NCBI GenBank assembly: GCA_001303705.1
Contig: LJUI01000004.1
Span: 14,495-78,494 of the forward strand
DNA from: a candidate division TA06 bacterium SM23_40
GTDB taxonomy: Bacteria > LJUI01 > SM1-40
Length of the DNA: 64,000 nucleotides
Direction: 5' to 3'
The notes under the pieces were generated by a model. It saw nothing but the letters and a program-made list of their open reading frames with translations, ran no database searches and was not told the DNA's origin. The stretch's first letter is position 1, and every line of letters starts with the position of its first letter. This document shows, in pieces, positions 29,642-39,188 of the stretch. A program made the position numbers and the translations under genes.

Positions 29642-32062
29642 GTGAGCAAACGGAAGAAAAAGAATGAGCCGCAACGGCGAGCGAGCGGCGCTGGTCGCTC
29701 GGTTGCCTCCGGGGAGCAAGCGACGGATCGGTTGGTCGTCCCTCTGCTCCTTGCGGGCATGGTTGTTGCGATCGTCATTCTATTCCGGGACTTCATCTTC
29801 TCAGATCGCATGCTTCACGGTTCCGATGTCCTCACCTCGGCATACTATTTTCGCGTCTTCGGGAGCGAATATCTTCTCGAGCACCTCCGCTGGCCATCGT
29901 GGAATCCGTACATTTTTGGAGGGCTCCCCTTCGTTGACGCGATGCATAGCGACATATTCTATCCGACGTGGATTCTGCGGCTCCTGGTCCCGGTAGCGAG
30001 GGCGAACGGATACGTTTTCTGTATTCACATATTCCTCTCTGGTGTCGCGACCTTCTGCTTTGTTCGTTCGCTTGGAGTGGGGCGCACAGGTGCAGCCATC
30101 TCCGCGTTGGCGTACATGTTCTCGGCGGGGATAGTCTCGTTCATATTCGAGGGTCACGACGGGAGGCTCATTGTGACCTCAATGTTGCCGGTGGCGCTCC
30201 TATTCCTCCACCGTGGAATGGCCGGCAACGGGGCTTGGAACTACATCGTGGCAGGAGGGGGGGTTGGGCTCGCACTCCTGTCTCCCCAGGTGCAGATGTC
30301 GTACTATCTCGGGATAGCAGTCTCCCTCTTCTTCCTGGTGGAATTGTGGTATCGATGGCAGCGATCGCGTGATCCGAGAAAGGCGGTATCTGCGATTCTG
30401 CTTTTCGTTGCCATGGTGGGGGTCGGGTTGAGCCTCGCGGCGGTTCAGTTCCTCCCGGCGTATTCGTATCTCGAGTACTCTCCCCGGGGTGGTGGAGGGA
30501 GGGGGTACGAGTTCGCCACGTCCTGGTCGATGCCTCCGGAAGAGACGATCAATCTGGTGGCGCCTTCCTTCTCCGGGCTGCTCGAGAGCTATTGGGGGCG
30601 CAATTACTTCAAGCACCACTCGGAATATCTCGGTATCATCACGCTCGTGTTGGCCGGCACAGGAGTGGCACTCAGCCGGCGGAGGCCGTACGCCCGATTC
30701 TTTATCGGTCTGGCGGTCTTCAGTCTGATTATGGCCTGGGGTGGACACACTCCGTTGTATAGAATCGCATACTATATCATACCGAGGATCAAGCAGTTCC
30801 GCGCTCCTTCGCTGATCTTCTACCTTTTCTCGTTCTCGGTGGCTGTGCTCGCGGGATTCGGCCTTGACTCTTTGCACAGTGAAACCGGTGCGAGGGCGAA
30901 GCGGCTCATACGGGGGCTGGCAATCGTTCTCGGTGTCCTGGCAGTCTGCCTGATCGTCTGTGTGGTCGCACGCGAAGGTGTGACCCGATCGATTGCAGAC
31001 GGGGTTATTCCCTATCTCAGGGCTCACTATGCGCCGGAGATGGTTCAGATGAAGGTACGCAGCCTGGGGGCCAACTATTCCGCATTCCTTCTCTCCTTCT
31101 TCAGATCGCTGGTCGTGGCCGGTATCTCGATCGTGATCATCTGGATGCTTGTTGAGAGAAAGATACTTCCCGCGACCGGTCTGTATCTGCTGGGTCCGTT
31201 ACTTCTTTTCGATCTGCTCCTGGTGGATGCGAAGTTCGTCCGGACGGTGCAGCCAGCTGACGAGTTCTTTGCCGAGGACGAAGTGGTGAGATATCTAAAG
31301 CAGGATGACAGCGTATTCAGAGTATTCCCGTACGACCACCGACCTAACGATGACTACCTGATGCTGTTTGGCCTCCAGAGTGTAGGTGGGCACCATGGGA
31401 ATCAGCTCCAACGGTATCAGCGGTTCATCGGGGGTGCAGAGACAGTGATGTTCTACGCCCCCAATCTTCAGTACCGCAACTTCCTCGATCTGCTGAACGT
31501 CAAGTACATCGTAGCATCGAAACGGGTGCCCGCGTCGGGCCTTCCGGTGGCCCACTCTGGTGCTGCATTCAACATCCTCACAAACGAGACTGTGCTCCCA
31601 CGGGTCTTTATCGTGCCGGACTACCGTGTGGTGACAGATGATGATGCGTTGGATCTTCTGAAGCGGTCCGACTTCGATCCCAGTGCTACCGTGCTGCTGA
31701 GCGAGGATCCTGGCTTCACTCCTGTATCGAGTGATACGTCTGTGGGCGAGGCGCTGCTCATCTCGTATGAGCCCGATCGGGTGGTGGTCGAGGCTACCAC
31801 TTCGAGCACGGCTCTGCTTGTCCTGAGCGACAATTACTACCCGATGTGGAGAGCGGTGATCGATGGTCGGCCGACGAAGATCTACAGGGCCTATTACACT
31901 CTCCGGGCCGTGGTGGTGGAGCCGGGCTCGCACGCGGTAGAATTCGTGTACGATTCGATCTATCTCAAGGTCGGTTTCGTATTGAGTCTGGTTGCATCGC
32001 TGATGGTGCTGGCGGCAGGTTGCGTGGTCATTGTACAGTGGCAAAGGAGGCGCAGAGCGTGA
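29642..32062 (+). CDS. YfhO-family large polytopic membrane glycosyltransferase (GT-C-like). Start GTG 29642 with RBS GGAGGG; the ORF track starts at 29597.
   Basis: About 800 aa with 13+ TM helices and a C-terminal extracytoplasmic domain. N-terminal WPSWNPYIFGGLPFVDAMHSDIFYP resembles the YfhO family. Confidence 0.6.
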   Translation: MSKRKKKNEPQRRASGAGRSVASGEQATDRLVVPLLLAGMVVAIVILFRDFIFSDRMLHGSDVLTSAYYFRVFGSEYLLEHLRWPSWNPYIFGGLPFVDAMHSDIFYPTWILRLLVPVARANGYVFCIHIFLSGVATFCFVRSLGVGRTGAAISALAYMFSAGIVSFIFEGHDGRLIVTSMLPVALLFLHRGMAGNGAWNYIVAGGGVGLALLSPQVQMSYYLGIAVSLFFLVELWYRWQRSRDPRKAVSAILLFVAMVGVGLSLAAVQFLPAYSYLEYSPRGGGGRGYEFATSWSMPPEETINLVAPSFSGLLESYWGRNYFKHHSEYLGIITLVLAGTGVALSRRRPYARFFIGLAVFSLIMAWGGHTPLYRIAYYIIPRIKQFRAPSLIFYLFSFSVAVLAGFGLDSLHSETGARAKRLIRGLAIVLGVLAVCLIVCVVAREGVTRSIADGVIPYLRAHYAPEMVQMKVRSLGANYSAFLLSFFRSLVVAGISIVIIWMLVERKILPATGLYLLGPLLLFDLLLVDAKFVRTVQPADEFFAEDEVVRYLKQDDSVFRVFPYDHRPNDDYLMLFGLQSVGGHHGNQLQRYQRFIGGAETVMFYAPNLQYRNFLDLLNVKYIVASKRVPASGLPVAHSGAAFNILTNETVLPRVFIVPDYRVVTDDDALDLLKRSDFDPSATVLLSEDPGFTPVSSDTSVGEALLISYEPDRVVVEATTSSTALLVLSDNYYPMWRAVIDGRPTKIYRAYYTLRAVVVEPGSHAVEFVYDSIYLKVGFVLSLVASLMVLAAGCVVIVQWQRRRRA

Positions 32063-32775
32063 GGACCCTGGTGGTCGTTCCGACATACAACGAAAAGGAA
32101 AACATCGAGCGGATCATCGAGGAGGTGCTGGCCACCAATCCTGAGGTAGAGATATTGGTCGTGGACGATAACTCGCCGGACGGTACAGGGGAGATTATCG
32201 ACCGCCGTTCAGAACAGGAGCCCAGAGTGCACGTCCTCCACCGGGAAGGAAAGCTCGGTCTGGGATCGGCCTATGTTGCGGGCTTCAAGTATGCAATTCG
32301 GGAGGGGTATGACGCCGTATTCGAAATGGATGCCGATTTCTCTCACGATCCGAAGGTGATTCCGGAGTTCCTCAAGAAGCTTGTTGACTACGATCTGGTC
32401 CTCGGGTCGAGGTACCTCGACGGCGTGAGCGTCATCAACTGGCCGATGTCAAGGCTGCTGCTGAGCTATTTCGCCAATATCTACGCTCGAGTTGTCACCG
32501 GCGCTCCGATCCGTGATCTCACGGGTGGATACAAGTGTTTCCGGAGGGAAGTGCTCGAGGCTATCGACCTGGATAAAATCCATTCAGACGGATATGCGTT
32601 CCAGATCGAGATGGACGTCAAGACCTGGAGGAAAGGGTTCAGGGTGCTGGAGATCCCCATCATTTTCGTTGAGCGGGGAGTAGGTACGTCCAAAATGTCG
32701 CGGCGCATCATATGGGAAGCGCTGTGGCTGGTGTGGCGTCTGCGTTTCGCCTCCTTGCTCGGGAGATTGAAGTGA
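32059..32775 (+). CDS. Polyprenol-phosphate mannose/hexose synthase, DPM1/Ppm1-like GT2 (GTG start, GTGA overlap with yfhO-like stop)
   Basis: LVVVPTYNEKENIERIIEEVL...ILVVDDNSPDGTGEII...KLGLGSAYVAGFKYA...MDADFSHDP. Classic DPM1 signature. Confidence 0.85.
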   Translation: MRTLVVVPTYNEKENIERIIEEVLATNPEVEILVVDDNSPDGTGEIIDRRSEQEPRVHVLHREGKLGLGSAYVAGFKYAIREGYDAVFEMDADFSHDPKVIPEFLKKLVDYDLVLGSRYLDGVSVINWPMSRLLLSYFANIYARVVTGAPIRDLTGGYKCFRREVLEAIDLDKIHSDGYAFQIEMDVKTWRKGFRVLEIPIIFVERGVGTSKMSRRIIWEALWLVWRLRFASLLGRLK

Positions 32776-33557
32776 GGGAGTTGGATTTATCGATAGTGAT
32801 CATACACTATCGCATGGTTGATGATCTTCTCAGGTGTCTCGCCTCGATCTATGATCGGAAATGGGACGTCGCGTTCGAAGTACTCATCATCCACAAGCCC
32901 TCCGGTGATCGCTCCCGACAGACGATCGTCGAATCGTATCCAGCTGTGAGAATAGTCGAGACCTGTCGATTCGGCATCGCCTCGATGCGCAACCTGGGGA
33001 TCGCCGGTGCTTCAGGTCGCATTCTGTGTACGCTCGATGCGGACGTCGAAGTTCTTCCCGGCGCGTTCGATCGATTGGTGGAGTTCATGGATACGCACGC
33101 CGGCGCAGCAGGTGCCGGACCGAAGACACTGCGGCCCGATGGTAGCCTCGAGCCGAGCTGTCGGAGGTTCTATACGGTGCGGACGTTATTGGCGCGGCGG
33201 ACACCGCTGCGCCCCCTGATCGGAGGTGACCGGCTCGAACGAGTCCATCTGATGGAAGACTGGGATCACGGCAGCGTGCGTGAGGTCGACTGGGTCGCCG
33301 GAGCATGCATTGTGATGAGCAGGGACGCTGTCGGTGCCATCGGGATGTTCGATGAGTCGTTTGTGTACGGATTTGAGGACGTCGATTGGTGCTATCGAGC
33401 TCGCCTTAGCGGGCGGACGGTCTACTACGTGCCGGATGCGAGTATCATACACCACGTGCAGCGGAGGAGCGCGAGAGGTCTTAACTGGATGACCCTCCAA
33501 CATCTGAAGAGCGCGTTCCACTTCTACCATAAACACCGTCGGCAACGTCGATGGTGA
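32772..33557 (+). CDS. GT2 glycosyltransferase (rhamnosyl/hexosyl transferase-like), GTG start with GTGA overlap
   Basis: LSIVIIHYRMVDDLLRCLASI. DADVEVLPG (DxD). GFEDVDWCYRA motif typical of GT2. Confidence 0.75.
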   Translation: MRELDLSIVIIHYRMVDDLLRCLASIYDRKWDVAFEVLIIHKPSGDRSRQTIVESYPAVRIVETCRFGIASMRNLGIAGASGRILCTLDADVEVLPGAFDRLVEFMDTHAGAAGAGPKTLRPDGSLEPSCRRFYTVRTLLARRTPLRPLIGGDRLERVHLMEDWDHGSVREVDWVAGACIVMSRDAVGAIGMFDESFVYGFEDVDWCYRARLSGRTVYYVPDASIIHHVQRRSARGLNWMTLQHLKSAFHFYHKHRRQRRW

Positions 33558-33574
33558 ACAGAGGCCCTGATTCG

Positions 33575-35023
33575 ATGACTGCGACCTTTCTCGTCCCTCC
33601 GCCGCTGGAGGGGACCCGCGTGCCGGAGCGCGTCTTCGGGTGCAACTACGGGCTGTACCCCATACCCAATATCTTCATGCTTATCGCGGCAGCATTGCTG
33701 GAGAGGAATGGATACCAGGTCTCCGTGGTGGACGCCGCCATCGCCCGCTGGACACGGGAGCGGTTTGCCCGATTCCTCGCCTCCGACAGCAGTTCGGTCT
33801 ACGTCATCTATTCCGTCGAGTTGGCGAAGAAGACGGATCGTCTCGCCTGGAACATGATCCGGGAGGCACGCGGCTCGATACCGGTCATCTTTGCCGGACC
33901 GGCTCCCACGTATGATCCTGATGGGTATCTCCTCGACGAGGAGACGATCATCGTAAGGGGGGAGGTGGAGATGACGATCGATGGGATCGTGGGGGCGATC
34001 GCCCGTGGTTCTTCGTGGGGAGGAATCGCCGGCATCTCCTACATGCATGGATCGCGCGCGATCCATGCACCAAGTCGAGCGCTGATCGAGGACCTGGATT
34101 CGCTGCCCTTCCCTGCCCGGCACCTGGTCGATCGGACGAAGTACTATAACCCGAAACTGGGATTGACGCCCAATACTGCTGTCCTCACGAGCAGGGGCTG
34201 CGGTTACTCATGCATCTACTGCGTACCCTGTTCGCTCAGTTTCGCCAGAGAGCTTGAGTATAAGGCCGCTCACGGCCGGAAACCGCCGGTCCGGCTCCGT
34301 TCGGTCGACAATGTGCTCGCCGAGCTCTCGCAGCTGGCACAGGCTGGTTATCGCAGCGTCAGCTTCCTCGATGACCAGTTCGTCTGGGGGGAGCGGCGCA
34401 CCGTTGCCCTATGTGAGGGAATCGCCAAACTCGGGCTCACGTGGGGATGTCTCGCGCGGGCAGATGTCTTGACAGAACCCATCGTACGGGCGATGGCTGT
34501 GAGTGGCTGCCGGTATGTCGATGTCGGCGTCGAGTCATTCGACCAGCGTGTGCTCGACTTCGTGCGCAAAGACATGACGGTAGGGGAGGCCGAACGCGGT
34601 ATATGCCTGCTCACCGAGCATGGGATCATGGCCAAGTTGAATATTCTGATTGGCGCCGCACCGTTCGAGACGAAGGAGACGTTCCGCAACAACTTCGCGG
34701 CGATCGACCGGCTGAGGCCCAATGCGGTAATGTTCAGTATCTGCACGCCGTTTCCCGGTACGGATCTGTACGAGCTAGCTGTCGAGAATGGGTGGCTTGC
34801 CCGTGACGGGTATCGGGCAGTCGATGTCCAGAAAGAGGCGTTGCTCGATCTGCCCTTCTTGAGCGCCAGTGAACTGGAGAGACTCGCGCATCGGGCCAAC
34901 ATACGCTTTTATCTCAATCCGGCGGTGGTGTGGCGTAACATCCGATCCGCACAGAGTTCGGAGTCGCTCGTCCAGATGTTCTCAGTTCTCCGGGGGAAGC
35001 TTCGTCATTCGGGCGGAACCTAG
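33575..35023 (+). CDS. B12-binding-domain radical SAM enzyme (class B rSAM; alternative start ATG 33551)
   Basis: N-terminal Rossmann-like B12-binding region. rSAM cluster motif RGCGYSCIYCVP (Cx3Cx2C). C-terminal TIM-barrel remainder. Confidence 0.8.
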   Translation: MTATFLVPPPLEGTRVPERVFGCNYGLYPIPNIFMLIAAALLERNGYQVSVVDAAIARWTRERFARFLASDSSSVYVIYSVELAKKTDRLAWNMIREARGSIPVIFAGPAPTYDPDGYLLDEETIIVRGEVEMTIDGIVGAIARGSSWGGIAGISYMHGSRAIHAPSRALIEDLDSLPFPARHLVDRTKYYNPKLGLTPNTAVLTSRGCGYSCIYCVPCSLSFARELEYKAAHGRKPPVRLRSVDNVLAELSQLAQAGYRSVSFLDDQFVWGERRTVALCEGIAKLGLTWGCLARADVLTEPIVRAMAVSGCRYVDVGVESFDQRVLDFVRKDMTVGEAERGICLLTEHGIMAKLNILIGAAPFETKETFRNNFAAIDRLRPNAVMFSICTPFPGTDLYELAVENGWLARDGYRAVDVQKEALLDLPFLSASELERLAHRANIRFYLNPAVVWRNIRSAQSSESLVQMFSVLRGKLRHSGGT

Positions 35024-35037
35024 ACAAGGAAAGCAGC

Positions 35038-36240
35038 ATGGCCACAAGGGTCGACGTGCTCGCCTACCTCATAGCAGCCCTGCTCGCCGCTGTTCTCGTT
35101 ATGATGTTGACGCCAGCGGTGAGACGGCTTGTGATTCGCTTCGGATTGCTTGACAGACCCGCAGACCGCAAAGTGCACACGTCTGCGATCCCCCAACTCG
35201 GCGGGATCGCGATCTACGTGTCGTTTGTCGTCGCCGCGAGCTTGGGCGTTCTCGTTTTGGGCGCCAGAGATCTGATCCCTGGCCTTGGAGCACTGCTCGC
35301 CGCCGGTCTGATTGTTGTGGGCCTTGGCATATATGATGATCTGATGACGGCTTCAGCACGTGTGAAACTGCCGGTTCAGATCATCGCGGCGCTCCTCATC
35401 GTGGGGTTCGGATTCCGGATCCACTCGATAACGAACCCGGTGGGCGGCGTGATCAGGCTGACGTGGATCTCAGTGCCGGTGAGTGTCGTCTGGCTCGTGG
35501 CGTTTATGAACGCGCTCAACCTCGTCGATGGGCTGGACGGTCTGGCGGCCGGTCTCGCAGCCATTGCGGCGGCGACGCTCTTCGTGGGTGGATTGATGTT
35601 CGGGAATCAGTTCTCGAGTGTATTGATGGCTGCCCTGTTTGGTGTCTGTGTAGCCTTCCTCTACTTCAACTTCCACCCCGCGTCGATCTTCATGGGAGAC
35701 ACCGGCAGCCTGTTCCTCGGGCTCGTGTTCGGCACAGTTGGGCTGGCGGAAGGTGGGAAGAGTGTGGCGTTGATCGTCCTCCTCGTTCCGCTCACTGCAC
35801 TGGGTGTGCCCCTCATTGACACCGTGATGGCCGTCTGTCGGCGGACGGCGAGACGTCGCTACATCTTCGCCGGTGACAAGGAGCACATACATCATCGCCT
35901 GCTCGGTCTCGGGTTCTCTCATCGGCAGGTCGTCCTCATACTCTACGGTCTGGCAGCGCTCTTGGGTATGGTGGCATTAGCACTTGCCACGGCAAACCGA
36001 GCAATCATCCTCTTCTTTTCGGCGACGGCAGCCGGGTTCGCTGGATGGGGTGCAGTCCGCCTCAGGATAATCGGTCCGGAGCGGAGGAATCGGATCAGCT
36101 CACAGGCCGGATCTCCTGGCGAGAGCGGGTCGGAACAGGTATCTACACTGCCGGGCAATTCCTCCCGGTCGCCGATGGATGGGGTATTGGCGCGCGGCGA
36201 TCGCCATCCGGGCAGGGGTGAACTGAGGGGAGATGATTGA
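35038..36240 (+). CDS. WecA/TagO/MraY-family polyprenol-phosphate HexNAc-1-phosphate transferase (priming glycosyltransferase)
   Basis: About 10 TM helices. DDLMT. NALNLVDGLDGLAAG. Resembles VF.GD.GS..LG. Confidence 0.85.
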   Translation: MATRVDVLAYLIAALLAAVLVMMLTPAVRRLVIRFGLLDRPADRKVHTSAIPQLGGIAIYVSFVVAASLGVLVLGARDLIPGLGALLAAGLIVVGLGIYDDLMTASARVKLPVQIIAALLIVGFGFRIHSITNPVGGVIRLTWISVPVSVVWLVAFMNALNLVDGLDGLAAGLAAIAAATLFVGGLMFGNQFSSVLMAALFGVCVAFLYFNFHPASIFMGDTGSLFLGLVFGTVGLAEGGKSVALIVLLVPLTALGVPLIDTVMAVCRRTARRRYIFAGDKEHIHHRLLGLGFSHRQVVLILYGLAALLGMVALALATANRAIILFFSATAAGFAGWGAVRLRIIGPERRNRISSQAGSPGESGSEQVSTLPGNSSRSPMDGVLARGDRHPGRGELRGDD

Positions 36241-36256
36241 TGCCGGAGGAACCTGA

Positions 36257-38498
36257 ATGATGCAGCGAGTTTCGGTCCGCCTGGCATACATGATGTCCCT
36301 GGCCGCAGGGCTCATCTTCGCCTCAGGCTGGATGATGCAGGTTGCGGCGAGGTCATGTCAGGGCGAGAGCTGGACCACGTATACGAATGCCAACTTCGTC
36401 GAGGACATAGTAGACGTCGATGATCGCCTATGGTGCGCTACCGGTGGCGGAGTCGCCCGCTGACACCACTGAACTCGATTTCACGGTCTTCACGAATGTC
36501 GATGGGCTTCCTGTGCTGGAGGTACGCGCGGTAGAGGTAGATGAATGGGGCAACATCTGGGTGGGCACAGAGGGAGGGGGGCTCGCCGTCGGGCAGGGCG
36601 AGGGTGCCACCTGGGCTACCTATCCCTCCTTTCAGCTCGAGCCAGAGAATATCCGTTCGCTCCTGGGCCGCGCTGATACGTTGTGGGTCTGCACAGACGA
36701 AGGACTGGCGCTCATCACGACTCGGATGACGGCCGACTGGAGCGACGACGAGATCGATCTCTTCACTGAGTCGGACGGACTCGCCAACGCGGACGTGAAT
36801 GTGGCTCTTGTGGCCGACAGCATCCTGTGGGTGGGGACTGTGGACGGCCTCAACAGGGTGCGGCTCGACGGGTTGGGAGATCCGGCTCAGTGGCAGGTGA
36901 TACGGATGGAGGATGGGCTGGCGAGCGACGTCGTTCTCAGCCTCGCCGTGCAGCCCGGTCTCGTATGGGCCGGAACGGATGAGGGGATCTCTCGCTGGGA
37001 TGGGAGCCAATGGGTATCGCAGCTGGCCGGCCTCGAGGTACGCCAGGTGGCAGTTGGGGGTGACAGCGTCTGGGCAACTACCGACGACGGGGTCTGGCGT
37101 TACCATGTCGACGGAGGGTGGTCAGACGTCACCGGCGAGCTGCCATTGCGAGATGCGGTAGCGGTCCACGTCGACAGCGGAGGTCACGTCTGGATTGGCT
37201 TGGGAAGCGGGCGAACAAGCAGCCGGCGTCTCTATGGCGAGGGGTTGGCCAGAAGAGGAGGGGACGGCTGGGAGCGGTATCTGTCAAACGGACTGGCATC
37301 GAATGCAGTGGCGGACGCAGTACTCGACCTCGACGGGACACTCTGGTGCACCCACTTCCCCGGCGGAGTGAGCCACCTTACTGCCGAGGGGTGGGAGACA
37401 TTTACCAGGGCTACGACCGAGGGCATGTTGGGAAGCGACTTCGTACTCTGGTGCGCGGTCGATAGCAGGGGCGACAAGTGGTTCGGGACCTGGGGCGGGG
37501 GAGTCTCCCGGCTGACTGCCGATGGTCAGTGGCTGCTCTATGACCAAGACAACAGTCCGCTCCAGACCGAGCTCGTCGGCGCCCTGACGGTCGACAGGCA
37601 TGACAATGTCTGGATCTTCGACTATCAGAATGCTCTGTACGTCCGCTCCGGAGATGACTCGACCTGGACCCGACTCGATCTTGCAGGGGAAGATGCCATC
37701 TTCGACATCGCGGTCGATGAGCAGGACATCGTATGGACAGGATCGTACGATCGGGGGATCAGGCGGCTCGACTACGCAGGTACGCTGAACGATCCTTCGG
37801 ATGATGCGGTGACTGCTTACTCGGTGGAGCACGGCCTTGCCAGTCCAGGTGTGAGGGCGGTAGCGAACGGCGCAGGGGCGACAATGTGGTTCGGGACCAC
37901 GGGCGGTGCGAGTCAGTTCGATGGGACAGATTTCACAACTTACCGAAGGGCGACGTCAGGCCTTCTGTCGGACTTCGTGAGCGATGTCGTCGTCGACGGG
38001 TGGGGATGCGTCTGGTTCCTTACCGATGGCGGCGTCTCCGTGCTCGAGCCGGGCGGGATCTGGCGCTCGTACACGAGCCAGAATAGCGGGCTCGTCTCCG
38101 GGACGATAGGTGATTGGAGCAATGCCCTCCTCATTGATGAGTCACAGGAGCGCGCCTGGATCGGAACAGTGTGGGGGCTCTCTTGCCTCAGTTTCATCCC
38201 CCCGTTTCCGCGTCCGGACGGCCTCGCCTCGGTTCGGGCCTATCCGAATCCCTTCGTGCCGTCGCTGGGACATCGTATAGTGCACTTCGCCTCCTTGCCC
38301 GAAGATGCCGAGGTATGCATCTTTGGGTTGGGCGGGGAGCTCGTCTGGGAGTCGGGCAGGGGTGCGGTCTCGAATGGGGAGATCAGCTGGTCGGTTGTGA
38401 ATTCCCGTGGGAAGGAGGTTGCAGGCGGCATCTATATCTATCTTGTGCGCGTTGCCGGGGGCGAAGTGCGAACAGGACGAGTGGCCGTGGTCCGGTAG
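36257..38498 (+). pseudogene. Secreted two-component-regulator-propeller-type beta-propeller repeat protein with C-terminal FlgD-Ig/T9SS-like sorting domain, apparently interrupted by a +1 frameshift near 36455-36465. The signal peptide sits in ORF 36257-36463 and the rest in ORF 36420-38498.
   Basis: ORF 36257 encodes a signal peptide plus the first repeat (DRLWCATGGGVAR). ORF 36420 continues the same repeat series (DEWGNIWVGTEGGGLAV...). C-terminus AYPNPFVP...IYIYLVRVAGGEVRTGRVAVVR. Confidence 0.6.
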
Positions 38499-38539
38499 AG
38501 GATGCCGGCCCTGAGCCCGTCAGACGTTCGGAGCTTCTG

Positions 38540-39142
38540 ATGAACGAGACCTACATACATCCAACAGCTGATGTCTCCGATAAGGCGATCGTCGGCGCGG
38601 GCACGAAAGTCTGGCACCAGGCCCAGGTACGTGAGAATGCAGTGATCGGGCCCGACTGCATCATCGGCAAGGGTGTCTATGTCGACCACGACGTCGTGAT
38701 AGGGTCCAACGTGAAGATCCAGAACAACGTCTCGCTATACAATGGCGTCACGCTGGCTGACGACGTCTTCATCGGTCCACATGTCACATTCACGAACGAC
38801 CTGTACCCTCGTTCCTTCGATCCGGAGTGGCATGTCTTGCCCACGCTCGTCGGTCGGGGAGCATCGATCGGCGCCAATGCCACGATCATCTGTGGAGTGA
38901 CGATAGGTGCATTCGCCATGATCGGGGCAGGGGCAGTGATTGCCGCAGATGTGCCGGACCACGGACTGGTGTATGGGAATCCCGCGCGGCTCAGGGGGTT
39001 CGCCTGTCAGTGCGGCAGGCCCGTGACGTACGAATCGAGGAAGCACGACACGGTTGTGCTCTTATGCCAGTCGTGTGGGGAAAGACTTGAGGTGAGCCGA
39101 GAGCTGTACGAACTCTCGACAAGGCCTGAGCATATTCCATAG
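38540..39142 (+). CDS. Left-handed beta-helix (hexapeptide) sugar N-acetyl/acyltransferase (WbbJ/PglD/WlbB-like)
   Basis: Hexapeptide repeats IGPDCIIGKGVYVDHDVVIGSNVKIQNNVSLYNGVTLADDVFIGPHV...IGANATIICGVTIGAFAMIGAGAVI. Confidence 0.75.
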   Translation: MNETYIHPTADVSDKAIVGAGTKVWHQAQVRENAVIGPDCIIGKGVYVDHDVVIGSNVKIQNNVSLYNGVTLADDVFIGPHVTFTNDLYPRSFDPEWHVLPTLVGRGASIGANATIICGVTIGAFAMIGAGAVIAADVPDHGLVYGNPARLRGFACQCGRPVTYESRKHDTVVLLCQSCGERLEVSRELYELSTRPEHIP

Positions 39143-39188
39143 CACCGTCGACAAATTCCATCGATAAGCTGCATCACATGGAGGGAGC

